Shown here piece by piece: positions 42,077 through 52,727 of a DNA stretch of 64,000 bases. Source of the DNA: a bacterium. Its GTDB lineage: Bacteria > UBP15 > UBA6099 > JAJRTR01. Location of the stretch: assembly GCA_024278215.1 (NCBI GenBank), contig JAJRTR010000052.1:1-64000 (forward strand), given 5' to 3'. The position numbers and the translations under genes were made by a program. The notes under the pieces are model-generated. The model was not told the DNA's origin, did not search any database, and saw only the letters and a list, made by a program, of their open reading frames with translations. Every line of letters starts with the position of its first letter. Positions within the stretch are counted from its first letter, which is position 1.

Positions 42077-42345
42077 TGTCTACCTCGCCACTCTCCGGTG
42101 TGTCGCGGCCAACGTCGGGCAGGCGCGTGCTCATACTGCGCTTATATATGAAACGTTGCCGGTTGCCGGAATCTTTCGGATGTTAGATTATAAAAAGTAC
42201 TTTTCATCCCGAACATTCTATTTATTAAGCCGGGATATTTCAACGAAGTTGCACAAAAGCAGGAGAAGAAAAGGCCGGGTCGAGTCTTCATTCGAGGCGG
42301 TTTCAGCCGGTCGCGGCGGAACGTGGTGTTACCGTCCGCGCGCGT

Positions 42346-42771
42346 TCAACCCGCGTTTATCTTGCGGGCGATGCGCGAGAGGGGATGCCCTTTGGCCTTG
42401 ATGTCGAGCCGGTTGAACCAGCCGAATGGAGTTCGCACGGAATCAAAACCCTGCTCTTTAAGGTTCGCATTCACGGAATCCATAATTTCTATCGCTTTCG
42501 CGGGCGCGCCGAGTTTTGCGAAAAGATGCGCGAAGGGATGCACGACGATGTTGCCTACTTTCAGCGCGCGCGCGTGAGAGGCGATTTCATCGGCAGCTTT
42601 CCCGGCGATTATTTCAGGGTTCTTTTCATCTTTACGCTCGACACACGTGTATACGATCAGCGCTTCTTCGACGTATGTCTCGCCGTCGCCGGGGTCCTCG
42701 ACAATGCCGCCGCGACCCTTTTCCGTTATCGTACATTTGAATGAATCCACGTGCCATATAAGCATTCTCAT
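42346..42771 (-). CDS. Stand-alone archaeal-type threonyl-tRNA synthetase editing domain (tRNA-Thr_ED, DTD-like fold)
   Basis: MRMLIWHVD, EEALIVYTCVERKDE, HPFAHL, TPFGW, KGHPLS; AGGAG upstream. Confidence 0.9.
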   Translation of the reverse strand: MRMLIWHVDSFKCTITEKGRGGIVEDPGDGETYVEEALIVYTCVERKDEKNPEIIAGKAADEIASHARALKVGNIVVHPFAHLFAKLGAPAKAIEIMDSVNANLKEQGFDSVRTPFGWFNRLDIKAKGHPLSRIARKINAG

Positions 42772-42780
42772 ATTGTTGCT

Positions 42781-42940
42781 CCTGACCCGGCATAGCCGGT
42801 TTTAAACCACGCACACGGACTTCGCGTGTGAAAAGTTCGGATTCTTATTCTGCTTTACCCGATAAAAATTTCCCGGAGACTACTCCGGAGTTGAGATAAA
42901 CCATGTGTGCCGCGCTCAAACCGCTTTTGTCCGGGCACGA
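42781..42940. repeat. Repeat family F, degenerate
   Basis: CCTGACCCGGCATAGCCGG end and GTGCCGCGCTCAAACCGC...GGGCACGA core; another end at about 43635-43660. Confidence 0.6.
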
Positions 42941-43080
42941 GCAGCAATGCTTGCAGAACTGTCCGTGCCGACCGTTTCTGCACATTTCAACAAGCTGTTC
43001 TGCTCCATATCGGCACAGTCGGCTTTATGCCTGTTATGATTTTCATCGTTCCCATGGTCTGCCTTGCTAATGCCGAAGTA

Positions 43081-43626
43081 TTATGAGGGAAACGGCTTAT
43101 TATCTTTTATATCTTCATATAGCGTGCGATATTTGCCGCGAGTGTTTATTTTCGCCAGAATGCCACCTAATATGCGCCCCGGCCAGTACAGCTTCTTCAT
43201 ATCGATAAGCTCTACGAGATTACCATCCGGATCGCGAGTAAATACAAAATCTGTTCCAAGATTATTCTTAACCGGACAGATAAACTCTATTCCTTCTCTT
43301 TTTAAACGCTCCATAACTTTCGGTAGTTTTTTTACATCAAGTGCAAGGTGAGTTATTCCCGGCCTGTTCCAGACAACCTTCTGATGCTCTCCGCCTAAAG
43401 GCTGAAAATGAAAAAGTTCGACAAAACCGCCATTGCCGGTTCTTAACAGAAATAATGTGACCTTCGTGCCGTCCTCCAGCCCATATATGTCTCTTACCTG
43501 ATCCTCGGGTACATCCAGCGCTTCCAACAGAGGTATTCCTAATATCTCATGATAAAAACACAATGATTTTTGAATATCCGAGCAAGTGATTCCAACCTGA
43601 GCAAGCGATCTTACCATAATAATCAC
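43081..43626 (-). CDS. VOC/glyoxalase family protein
   Basis: QVGITCSDIQKSLCFY, VELF, GITHLALDV, TRDPDGNLVEL. Confidence 0.9.
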   Translation of the reverse strand: MIIMVRSLAQVGITCSDIQKSLCFYHEILGIPLLEALDVPEDQVRDIYGLEDGTKVTLFLLRTGNGGFVELFHFQPLGGEHQKVVWNRPGITHLALDVKKLPKVMERLKREGIEFICPVKNNLGTDFVFTRDPDGNLVELIDMKKLYWPGRILGGILAKINTRGKYRTLYEDIKDNKPFPS

Positions 43627-43967
43627 CTTTCTTTCCTATCCCGGCATAGCCGGAACCAAACCGGCTCGTTCGTGACCGAATAAAAGCTGTTTGTACACGA
43701 CACACTGGTAACAGTATTATGCAGCAATCTTTTGCCTTTTACAAAAACGCACAAGTTCGGATATTATATCTTCATACTCACATTAATATCAACCTTCAAT
43801 CGTCGTTGCCGATCAAGAAGCACAAGCTTTTTCGTGACAGTTCGCAGTTGGCTTCGCTTCAGAATTCCCCGCATAGCCCGGCTTTCTCACAAAGAAATCC
43901 GGATCGTGTTCCGGAGTTCAGGCATGGTATTGACTGAATGCTCTACGTTCATTACTCTTGTAAGCAT

Positions 43968-44101
43968 AATACCGGTTACTTAAGTTCATGACCGGCACAG
44001 TCGAGACGCCTGTGCCACTGTGCCACTGTACCTCATAATAATATCGCGGCAGTATGGACCAGGCGTCTCGACTGTCGCAAAAGCGTTAAACAACCGGTAT
44101 T
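43968..44101. repeat. Family C-like ends enclosing a REP-like inverted pair
   Basis: AATACCGGTT...AACCGGTATT; internal ACAGTCGAGACGCCTG...CAGGCGTCTCGACTGT. Confidence 0.7.
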
Positions 44102-44197
44102 GCTTGTAAGCAACAACTTGTGCGGCAACATGTTGAATACAGCGGCGGAGAAAAAGTGCAGCCGAATGTGTATATGCGCAGATGGGAAGGTCTAATT

Positions 44198-44635
44198 ATG
44201 AGTGCGAAGAAATACGAACACTTGATCGTGAGAGAGCCGAAGGCTGTAAGCGAACTCCCGCATCACGAAAACATGCCGCAGGTTAATTACCCGGTGATAA
44301 TGTCCGGAGCACAGGTGCCTGAGGCGAATGTGTGGGCTACGTTGATGTTCATGGAGAATATCCCGGAATTCATCGCGCAGAACATTACACAGTTCGGGAT
44401 GGCGCACAAACACAAACACGATGCGCCGGAGATATACATTTTCATCGGGGAGCAGGACGCGATAGTGGCGGAAGTTACGCTGGGCGACGAGAAATACGAA
44501 GTCGGCTCGCCGGGCTGCGTGTACATTCCGCCGGGATTGCCACACGGCATTCAACCCATAAGAGCAAAGGCCGGCAAGGCGGCCGGTTTCATTCCCATAG
44601 TGCTCGCCGGTGAGTACAATACCGAGGATGTATAA
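44198..44635 (+). CDS. Cupin domain protein
   Basis: HKHDAPEIYIFIG and VYIPPGLPHG motifs. Confidence 0.85.
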   Translation: MSAKKYEHLIVREPKAVSELPHHENMPQVNYPVIMSGAQVPEANVWATLMFMENIPEFIAQNITQFGMAHKHKHDAPEIYIFIGEQDAIVAEVTLGDEKYEVGSPGCVYIPPGLPHGIQPIRAKAGKAAGFIPIVLAGEYNTEDV

Positions 44636-44636
44636 A

Positions 44637-44789
44637 GAGCCAATTGCAAAATTGATTCCGGCGCAAAAAGTCCCAACACGCGAAAAGCAGGTACAGGCAC
44701 CGCGAAAAAACCGCGTTGCCAGTCCCCGTTTTTCGCTGACTGTTTTCCATTTAGACTCAACACGGACTTTTTGCGCCGGACTCAAAATT
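44637..44789. mobile_element. 130-bp MITE-like element (44654-44783) inserted into a family A end
   Basis: Inverted ends GATTCCGGCGCAAAAAGTCC / GGACTTTTTGCGCCGGACTC, flanked on both sides by AAAATT. Confidence 0.75.
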
Positions 44790-45091
44790 ATGCTACTACC
44801 CTTTGCATGTGAATGTGCTTGGAGTATACACGTCCCCTCCGATAAAAGACACGGCATGGGCCTGGTATGACGCCCTGCTCACCCTGTGCGCGGCCTTCGA
44901 CGCCGTCCAGTGAATATCTGCATTATTGAACCTCTTGTATGAATCTGTTTGTAGCGAGACCGGCGGCGAAGCCCCGGCGTAGATGCGGAGCTACAAGAAA
45001 ATCATTCTCCATCTACAAGCTAATCATGTTCACAATGATACCGCGACATTTCGTATGGAACTATTATTTGAACATAAGCTGATTCCGGAGC

Positions 45092-45940
45092 ATGGAAATG
45101 ACGAAAGCGACAACAGCGACATACGAACTAAGGGAAAAAGATTTCAGGGACATCAGTTCTATGGTATACGCTTCCTGCCGGATAAATCTGAAAGAAGGAA
45201 AGGAAAAGCTTGTCACCGCGAGATTGTCAAAGAGAATGCGTTCACTGGGGATTTCCTCATTCAGGGATTATATCGAGCTGGTGAAGGAAAATGATCGCGA
45301 ATACATGAACATGGTGGACAGTTTATCCACGAATCTGACATCTTTTTTCAGGGAATCAAAGCATTTCGATTATCTCCGCACTCAGGTAATCCCGCGTTTT
45401 GTGCAGAATGGAGACGGCAGCTTGAGAATGTGGAGCGCGGGCTGCTCTTCCGGCGAGGAGGCTTATACTCTCGCGATCACCCTCATGGAAAACATTGAGA
45501 ATATTCAGTTCAAGGATTGCAAAATACTTGCGACGGATATTTCCACGAGGATGCTTGATGCGGCCAGAAACGGCGAGTATCCGGCGGACCGTTTCAACAA
45601 TGTGCCGGCGGACATAAAACACAAATATTTCGAGAGAATCCAGCGCGCCGGCAACGATTTTTTCAGGGTCGGACAAAAAGTGAAATGTCTTATCAAGTTT
45701 AATTATCTCAATCTTATGAACCCGTGGCCGATGACGGCGAAATTCGATGTTATCATGTGCCGCAATGTTATGATTTATTTCGATTCGCGGACCCAGCAGG
45801 AACTCGTAAATCGTTTTTCGAGGCAGTTGAAACCGGGGGGCATCCTCATGATCGGCCACTCGGAAAGCCTGCTCAGCATCGACACCGACCTGCAGTTTGT
45901 GGAATCCGCAACCTACAGGAAACCTTACAGGAGTTGTTGA
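45092..45940 (+). CDS. cheR: Chemotaxis protein-glutamate methyltransferase
   Basis: STNLTSFFRESKHF, WSAGCSSGEEAYT, ATDIS, CRNVMIYF, GHSESL. Confidence 0.95.
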   Translation: MEMTKATTATYELREKDFRDISSMVYASCRINLKEGKEKLVTARLSKRMRSLGISSFRDYIELVKENDREYMNMVDSLSTNLTSFFRESKHFDYLRTQVIPRFVQNGDGSLRMWSAGCSSGEEAYTLAITLMENIENIQFKDCKILATDISTRMLDAARNGEYPADRFNNVPADIKHKYFERIQRAGNDFFRVGQKVKCLIKFNYLNLMNPWPMTAKFDVIMCRNVMIYFDSRTQQELVNRFSRQLKPGGILMIGHSESLLSIDTDLQFVESATYRKPYRSC

Positions 45941-46459
45941 ATGAACCACCCGCCGCTCACAAAAACAAATAAAATCGTAGTGGGCATCAGCGATATGAAA
46001 ATTTCCGCGAGGCCGTGCGACATGTTGAAGACCTACGCGCTCGGCACATGTGTCGGCATATCGGCTTACGACCCGGTCAACCGCATAGGCGGTCTTTTGC
46101 ATTTTCAGCTTCCGTATTCAAGAAGTAATCGGAAAAAGGCAAAGTCGAATCCGAATATGTTCGGGGATACGGGCATTGCGGAGTTGTTCAACGCATTGTT
46201 CGAAAAGGGCGCGGCAAAGAAAAATCTCAAGGTTACATTGGCGGGCGGCGCGTGCATCTCAGGCAGCAACAACACGTCAAATCTGGGGAAACGCAATTTA
46301 TTGATAGCGAAGAAAATACTGTGGAAAAACGGAATAGTGATAGACGCGGGTGATGTCGGCGGCTCGAGCTGGAGGAACATGTCGCTGGATATCGGAAGCG
46401 GAAAGTTGACGATTAGAACTGTTGATGGTGAATACGACCTTGTGAAGGCTATCGCTTGA
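45941..46459 (+). CDS. cheD: Chemoreceptor glutamine deamidase
   Basis: TYALGTCVGI, GGLLHFQLP, FGDTGI, AGGA, GKRN, DVGG. Confidence 0.93.
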   Translation: MNHPPLTKTNKIVVGISDMKISARPCDMLKTYALGTCVGISAYDPVNRIGGLLHFQLPYSRSNRKKAKSNPNMFGDTGIAELFNALFEKGAAKKNLKVTLAGGACISGSNNTSNLGKRNLLIAKKILWKNGIVIDAGDVGGSSWRNMSLDIGSGKLTIRTVDGEYDLVKAIA

Positions 46460-46531
46460 ACCGTATATTTCACCAATACGGGTTGAAGAGCCGCTTGCAA
46501 TAGCGGCTCCAGGGGACAACCATTCAAGGAT

Positions 46532-46993
46532 ATGCTTGTCATGAATGATATGATGCTGATAATGGATAAAACCGACGATACAGGATTTAAAAACGATATG
46601 GCGGGATTACCGCAGGATGCGCCCCGGGCGCGGGCGCGTATTTTGTTGGTGGACGATATTGCAGCGATCAGGAAAAGGCTGCGCGAGATACTTGAACCGG
46701 CGGGATATGAGATCGTCGGTGAAGCCGAAGACGGCTACGAAGCTGTAGCTATGGCCGGCGAACTGGTTCCCGATCTCATATTGATGGACATAGTGATGAA
46801 GAGAATGGACGGTCTTGAGGCGACAACGAAGATTTCAAGGTCGGGAGTAAAATCCAAAATAGTGATGTTCACGCAGGAAGCCAGACCTTCTTCCGTCATA
46901 AGGTGCATGAGAACAGGCGCTGTGAATTTCGTGATAAAACCGTCAAACGAAAAACAATTGCTGCGAGTCGTCGAAAACGCCCTGAGACAATAA
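46532..46993 (+). CDS. CheY-like response regulator (start uncertain)
   Basis: LLVDD, VGEAEDG, PDLILMDIVM, FVIKP. Confidence 0.85.
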   Translation: MLVMNDMMLIMDKTDDTGFKNDMAGLPQDAPRARARILLVDDIAAIRKRLREILEPAGYEIVGEAEDGYEAVAMAGELVPDLILMDIVMKRMDGLEATTKISRSGVKSKIVMFTQEARPSSVIRCMRTGAVNFVIKPSNEKQLLRVVENALRQ

Positions 46994-47280
46994 TATAATC
47001 GTGTATAAAGGTACAGAAAACACCCCCGACGAGTTCGCATCTTCCAATTTACTTTCATCATCACCATTTTGTCTTTGCATTGCTGGCCCCGACCGGTGCG
47101 CCGCGGTTTGCGGGTGTTTCCATTATAGTGTTGAATTTACAGAAGATTTACGATCAGATATGCTCTGAAGCGCAGGAGCGAATAAACCATGGATAAGTTG
47201 GACCGATTGCAGGATTTCAGTTCCTCCGTGACCGGCTTTGAACGTGATCCTGCGACAGGCTCAAATGTTGGAGAATAAAT

Positions 47281-49155
47281 ATGCGGGAAGTTGTGGACCT
47301 TGAACTGTTTTTTGATTCCATGCCGGACATGATTGCGATTCTGGACACGGATTTTAAGATTATCCGTGTCAACAGAGCAATGGCCGCCAGGTTGGCGACA
47401 ACGCCGGGAGATTGTGTCGGGCTGACGTGTTACTCGACCGTGCACGGAACGGAGGAGCCGCCGGCCTACTGCCCTTTCAAGAAGTTGTTGGATGATAAGA
47501 AACCACACAACGTGGAGATATCCGAAGAGCGACTTGGCGGCGAAATGGAAGTATCGGTTATCCCGTTGAAGAAGGAATCCGGTGAGTTGTCCGGCTGTAT
47601 CCATATAGCGAAGGATATAACGGAACTGCGCAGAAGCAAGAATGAACTCGAAGCGGCGGAATTACGAATGAGGACCATCATGGAGAATGTGCCGGTGGGT
47701 ATTTTCCGCAATACGCCGGGGAGCAAGGGCAAGTTCCTGATGGCGAATGTCGCGCTGGCGAGAATGTTCGGTTTCGAGACTGTGGACGAGATAATGAGTG
47801 TCCCCGTGGAAAGTCTTTACGCCGAACCCGAAAAACGCAAAGAATTTTCCGATAAGTTGCTTGCCACGGGAGACGTCAACAGAGAAAAGATACTTCTTAA
47901 AAGGCGAGACGGCTCCGAACTGACCGCGCGCATTTCCGCGAAAGCTGTAGCGGGAGAAGATGGGGATATAGAATATTTCGACGGTATAATTGAAGACATA
48001 ACAGTGCAGGAAAGCTTAAGGAAACAGTTGATTCACTCCCAGAAAATGGAATCGGTCGGCCGGCTGGCGGGCGGCATAGCCCATGAATTCAACAATATGC
48101 TCGGAGTTATTATGGGCAACGCCCACCTGGCATTGATGGACCTGAAAAAGGGTGATGCTTTTTATGATGAATTCATTTCAGTGATGAAGGCAGCCGAGCG
48201 CTCGAAAGAGATCACTATGAAGATGCTTGCGTTCGCCCGCAAGGACAAACTGGTCGTTGCCGAAATCAATGTTGTAGACATCATTAAAGACATCACGCTG
48301 ATGCTTGATAGAAGCGTTTCCAAAAAAATCGAGATCACAAGCCGTACGAGCGATGTTTATGTGGAAGTCGATATCAACCAGATTCAACAGGTGTTGCTGA
48401 GCGTGTGCAACAACGCCGTGGACGCCATGCCGGGCGGCGGTCGGCTCGTGATCGAATGTGCCGAGGCCCGTTTCGAGCGGGATGTCCGCATCCACGGCGA
48501 CACGCTCGGCAAAGGCGACTATTGCCGCATAAGGATTTCAGACAACGGGGAAGGGATTCCCGCTGATATTCTGCCCGGGATTTTCGATCCTTTCTACACG
48601 ACAAAAGAGACCGGAGCAGGCACCGGGATGGGGCTTTCGATAGCGCACGGAATTATCGAAAATCATAACGGGCGTATTTTTGTCGACAGTCGTGTGGGGC
48701 ACGGCACGGATGTCGAAATATTTCTGCCCGCGGTCGCCGGACCTTCAAAAGAAGAGGAGTCGCGTAAGAAACAAGAAAACGTAAAACACGGTCTCGAAAC
48801 CATTCTTGTCGTGGATGACGAGATATTTATACTCGAGATGATGGGCAAAATGCTCTTCAGGCTGGGATACACTGTCAAACTCGCCGGTTCCGGGCGGGAA
48901 GCCATAGATATTTACAGGGAATCCCCGGAAAAAATCGATGTGGTAATTCTGGATATGGTTATGCCCGGCATGGGCGGGCCGGAAGTATTCTCTGCGCTGA
49001 AAAAGATCGATCCCGACGTTAGAGTGATAGCAGCATCCGGCTACTGCGTAGGCGACCAGGCGGAAGAACTACCGGCAAACGGCGCGAAAGTATTTATTCA
49101 AAAGCCTTTCGAGATTCAGGAACTTACAAAAGCGATCAGGGAAGTACTGGCGTGA
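47281..49155 (+). CDS. Hybrid histidine kinase (2x PAS, HisKA, HATPase, receiver)
   Basis: QKMESVGRLAGGIAHEFNNML, GTGMGL, LVVDDE, LDMVMP, IQKPF. Confidence 0.93.
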   Translation: MREVVDLELFFDSMPDMIAILDTDFKIIRVNRAMAARLATTPGDCVGLTCYSTVHGTEEPPAYCPFKKLLDDKKPHNVEISEERLGGEMEVSVIPLKKESGELSGCIHIAKDITELRRSKNELEAAELRMRTIMENVPVGIFRNTPGSKGKFLMANVALARMFGFETVDEIMSVPVESLYAEPEKRKEFSDKLLATGDVNREKILLKRRDGSELTARISAKAVAGEDGDIEYFDGIIEDITVQESLRKQLIHSQKMESVGRLAGGIAHEFNNMLGVIMGNAHLALMDLKKGDAFYDEFISVMKAAERSKEITMKMLAFARKDKLVVAEINVVDIIKDITLMLDRSVSKKIEITSRTSDVYVEVDINQIQQVLLSVCNNAVDAMPGGGRLVIECAEARFERDVRIHGDTLGKGDYCRIRISDNGEGIPADILPGIFDPFYTTKETGAGTGMGLSIAHGIIENHNGRIFVDSRVGHGTDVEIFLPAVAGPSKEEESRKKQENVKHGLETILVVDDEIFILEMMGKMLFRLGYTVKLAGSGREAIDIYRESPEKIDVVILDMVMPGMGGPEVFSALKKIDPDVRVIAASGYCVGDQAEELPANGAKVFIQKPFEIQELTKAIREVLA

Positions 49156-52100
49156 GAAAGCCGGACATGGGAAAAAAGACACGCGAAAAACCGGAAACAG
49201 GTGCGCCGGGCGCCGGCGCGTCCTCCGCCGGGAGAGTGCTCCGCCTGAATGTCATGCTGCCGATTATTATCTTTGTCGTCATGGGTATGTCATTTGCTGT
49301 AATAGCGATCTTTCAGGTCGGTACCAATGCGCGACGGGTTTCATTGGATAAACGCATCATCGATGCCGAAACCAACTACAACTATATGCTGGAGAACGAC
49401 ACGAATCGCCTGGGCCAGACTATCGACGCGATTATGCTGAACAAGGACATCAGGGAGGCGCTTATCGCAAAGGACCGCGAAAAGCTTTTAGCTCTTTCCG
49501 CATCCCAGTTTGAAAATTTCAGAGACAAGTACGCGACGACACACTTCTACTACATGCTTCCGGATCGTACAGTGTTGTTGCGTGTCCACAACCCTTCGAG
49601 ATACGGCGATGTCGTGGACAGGCTGACAACGCTCGAGGCCGCTATCACTGGTAAGCCTTCCAGCGGTATCGAGTACGGCCCTTATCACACCTTTACGCTC
49701 CGTGTGGTGCATCCCTGGTATGTCGGTGATGAGTTGATCGGATTCGTGGAACTGGGCGAAGAGATCGGACACATCGCGCCGACCCTGGCGCAATTGCTTG
49801 ATTGCGATTTCATCTTCACGCTTTCCAAAAAGGGGCTGGACCGCGCAAAGTGGGAAGAAGGGCTTCGCATGATCGGCAGAACAGGCGACTGGGACCGTTA
49901 TAAGTCGATTGTAGTCACCGGGCAGACACGAAGAAGCTTTTCCGATGCCGTTCGTGCCAGGATAGAACAATTATCAGGAGTGCACAAGAAAGGGCAGCTC
50001 GGCATTCTGTTCGCAGACGGCAACAAACATTATGGGATAGGCGTTTTCGGAGTTCGGGATATGGAGGAGACCGAAAGAGGACACATGGTTGTCCTGGTGG
50101 ACCTGACCCGTGATGTCGCTTTCGCAAGACGCGTAACCACCATCCTTTTGCACGTGCTGATCGGCTCTTCCCTGCTTCTGCTGCTGCTGCTTTCGCGGTT
50201 CCTGCGAAGCGCGGAAAACACTATTGTAGACTATGAATCGACGTTACAAAGAAACAGCGAGGAACTTGTTTTGCTCAATATGCAGCTTCGTGAAGATATC
50301 GAAGTGCGGAAACGGCTCGAAGAAAAACTTGTCGAACGCTCGACGGAACTGGACCTGATCTTCAACAGCGCGCCTGTAGTGCTCATATTGACAGACGGCA
50401 ACGCACGCATCGAGAAATACAACAAAGCGGGCGCTGTGCTGATGGATTGCTCCCCGGATAATGTCTCCGGGAGGCTCTGCGGCGATGTCTTGAAGTGTGT
50501 GACTACCGCCGACGGCACGGAATGCGGCAGTGGTGAGGCATGCTCGTATTGTCATTTTCGCAATTCCGTCGAGGAAACATACAGGACGGGGAAAAGTATC
50601 GGTCCGATTGAAGTTGAACTCAACATTGACGACGGAGAGGCAAGAAGCGTCCGCTACTATATCATCAACACATCATATATGACATTGGGCGGTGAGGGGA
50701 AAGTCCTTATCTGTCTTTCCGACATAACGGAACAGAAAGCCATACGCGACACGCTGCAAAAGAACGATGAGCTTCTCAGGGATTTCCTGGACAGCGCAAA
50801 CGACATGATTCAAATCGTGGCTCCGGACGGAGGCATACTATACACAAACAACGCATGGCGCGAAACACTCGGATACACAGAGGAAGAGGTAGCCTCCCTG
50901 AATATTCGGGACATAATCCACGCCGACAGCCTGCCCCATTGCATGGAATTGCTGGAAAAAATGTTTTCCGGCGAAAATATTGACTTTATTGATACCGTGT
51001 TTGTTACAAAATACGGCGACAGGATTGATGTCGAGGGGAATATCAACTGCCGTTTTGAAGAGGGCCGCCCCGTGTCCACAAGAGGCATTTTCAGGAATGT
51101 CACAGAACGGAATATGATGCTATCCGAACTAAGGGAGAGTGAATCCAACCTTAATTCGATTATGGAGAATTCTCCCAACATCATTTCCTTGAAAGACATT
51201 ACGGGAAACTATATTTTCGTAAACAGGGTTTTCGAAAAAGTATTCGATATATCACGTGACGACATTGTAAGCGGAAACGATTACAACCTGTTCCCGCCGG
51301 AAATCGCGAGCGTCATCAGGAAGAGCGATATGCAGGTTGTGAAATCCGGAAAGCAGATGGAATTCGAGGAAACTGTTTTCGTGGGCAACAGTCTGCAATC
51401 GTACCTGACAGTAAAATTCCCCATCCTCGACAGTTTGGGAAATTCTGTTGCTATATGCAGCATGGGAACAGATATATCTTCGCGAAAAGAGATCGAAGAC
51501 GCCTTGAAATCCCTCGCCGGGGAAACTGCTTCATACACCGGAGAGATGTTTTTCAAAGTCCTTGCGAAAAGTCTCGCCCGCGTTTTCAGCGCAAGATACG
51601 CGTTCATAGCCAGGTGCGATCCGGACAGGCCGGATAAAATCAGGACGATTGTCTTCTGTGATGACGGCAGGTATGTGGAGAATATCGAGTATGTGCTGGA
51701 AGGAACTCCCTGCGGTGAAGTATGCAAAACGCGCAGAATCGTTCTTTATGCGGAACACGTGCGGAAACACTTTGTAGATGATGAATCACTTGCGGATTTA
51801 AACATTGAAAGCTACCTTGGGGCTCCTGTCCTCGATGCTTCCGGTAACCTGTGCGGTATCATAGCGGTCATGGACGATTCGCCGATGAGGGGTGTCGAAA
51901 GCAAGTTTTCGATCATTGAGGTTTTCGCCATGCGGACCGGTGCCGAGATAGACAGGCTGGACATAGAAAAGGAACTGAGGAACCAGCAGGATATACTCGA
52001 GGAAACTGTCGAAGAGCGCACTGCCGAACTGGCTGTTCTCAACGAGCAGTTGAGCCGGTTCTCCCGGAAATTGATTCGCGCCCAGGAAAAGGAACGCGCT

Positions 52101-52700
52101 AACCTGTCGCGGGAGTTGCACGACCAGATCGGGCAGCTTATTACCGCTCTTTCCATGGGGCTGCAATGGCTCAGGATACAGCCCGGACTGGACCAGAATC
52201 GCGTGACCATGCTGGCCGACATAACTGAAAAGATATCCATTGAAACCCGCCGGATATGCAAGGGGCTGCGGCCTCTGGCGCTCGACCGCCTCGGCTTGCT
52301 GAGAGCAATTGAAGAGCTGACCAGGGAAACTTTTGAACACTCGGGCATCAACCCCAGTGTTTCAATCAGAGGTATCGACGAAGACAAAATACATCCCGAT
52401 GTCGAGATCGACATTTTCAGAATTGTACAGGAAGCCTTTACGAATATAGTCAAGTATTCCGATGCCGACAATGTTTTTCTGAGTTTTTCCATGGAAAATG
52501 AGGAATTGATATTGTGCATCAAAGATGATGGCGTAGGTGCCGGAGATGTTAAGACACATAAGAGAGGTCTGGGCATTATGGGCATGAAGGAACGCGCGGA
52601 AATGTTCGGGGGATCACTGGTGGTAAGTTCCGGTCCGGGGAAAGGAACGGAATTATTACTGCGAATTCCGTTTGATCGCACAACAGACGGGGAATATTAA
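49152..52700 (+). CDS. Large sensor kinase (Cache-like sensor, 3x PAS, GAF, HisKA_3)
   Basis: Two TM helices flanking THFYY...LRVHNP; LEGTPC GAF; QEKERANLSRELHDQIGQ; RIVQEAFTN; GLGIMGMKERA. Confidence 0.92.
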   Translation: MRKPDMGKKTREKPETGAPGAGASSAGRVLRLNVMLPIIIFVVMGMSFAVIAIFQVGTNARRVSLDKRIIDAETNYNYMLENDTNRLGQTIDAIMLNKDIREALIAKDREKLLALSASQFENFRDKYATTHFYYMLPDRTVLLRVHNPSRYGDVVDRLTTLEAAITGKPSSGIEYGPYHTFTLRVVHPWYVGDELIGFVELGEEIGHIAPTLAQLLDCDFIFTLSKKGLDRAKWEEGLRMIGRTGDWDRYKSIVVTGQTRRSFSDAVRARIEQLSGVHKKGQLGILFADGNKHYGIGVFGVRDMEETERGHMVVLVDLTRDVAFARRVTTILLHVLIGSSLLLLLLLSRFLRSAENTIVDYESTLQRNSEELVLLNMQLREDIEVRKRLEEKLVERSTELDLIFNSAPVVLILTDGNARIEKYNKAGAVLMDCSPDNVSGRLCGDVLKCVTTADGTECGSGEACSYCHFRNSVEETYRTGKSIGPIEVELNIDDGEARSVRYYIINTSYMTLGGEGKVLICLSDITEQKAIRDTLQKNDELLRDFLDSANDMIQIVAPDGGILYTNNAWRETLGYTEEEVASLNIRDIIHADSLPHCMELLEKMFSGENIDFIDTVFVTKYGDRIDVEGNINCRFEEGRPVSTRGIFRNVTERNMMLSELRESESNLNSIMENSPNIISLKDITGNYIFVNRVFEKVFDISRDDIVSGNDYNLFPPEIASVIRKSDMQVVKSGKQMEFEETVFVGNSLQSYLTVKFPILDSLGNSVAICSMGTDISSRKEIEDALKSLAGETASYTGEMFFKVLAKSLARVFSARYAFIARCDPDRPDKIRTIVFCDDGRYVENIEYVLEGTPCGEVCKTRRIVLYAEHVRKHFVDDESLADLNIESYLGAPVLDASGNLCGIIAVMDDSPMRGVESKFSIIEVFAMRTGAEIDRLDIEKELRNQQDILEETVEERTAELAVLNEQLSRFSRKLIRAQEKERANLSRELHDQIGQLITALSMGLQWLRIQPGLDQNRVTMLADITEKISIETRRICKGLRPLALDRLGLLRAIEELTRETFEHSGINPSVSIRGIDEDKIHPDVEIDIFRIVQEAFTNIVKYSDADNVFLSFSMENEELILCIKDDGVGAGDVKTHKRGLGIMGMKERAEMFGGSLVVSSGPGKGTELLLRIPFDRTTDGEY

Positions 52701-52727
52701 CATGACGTTATTGGTTTGGAGAAATAT

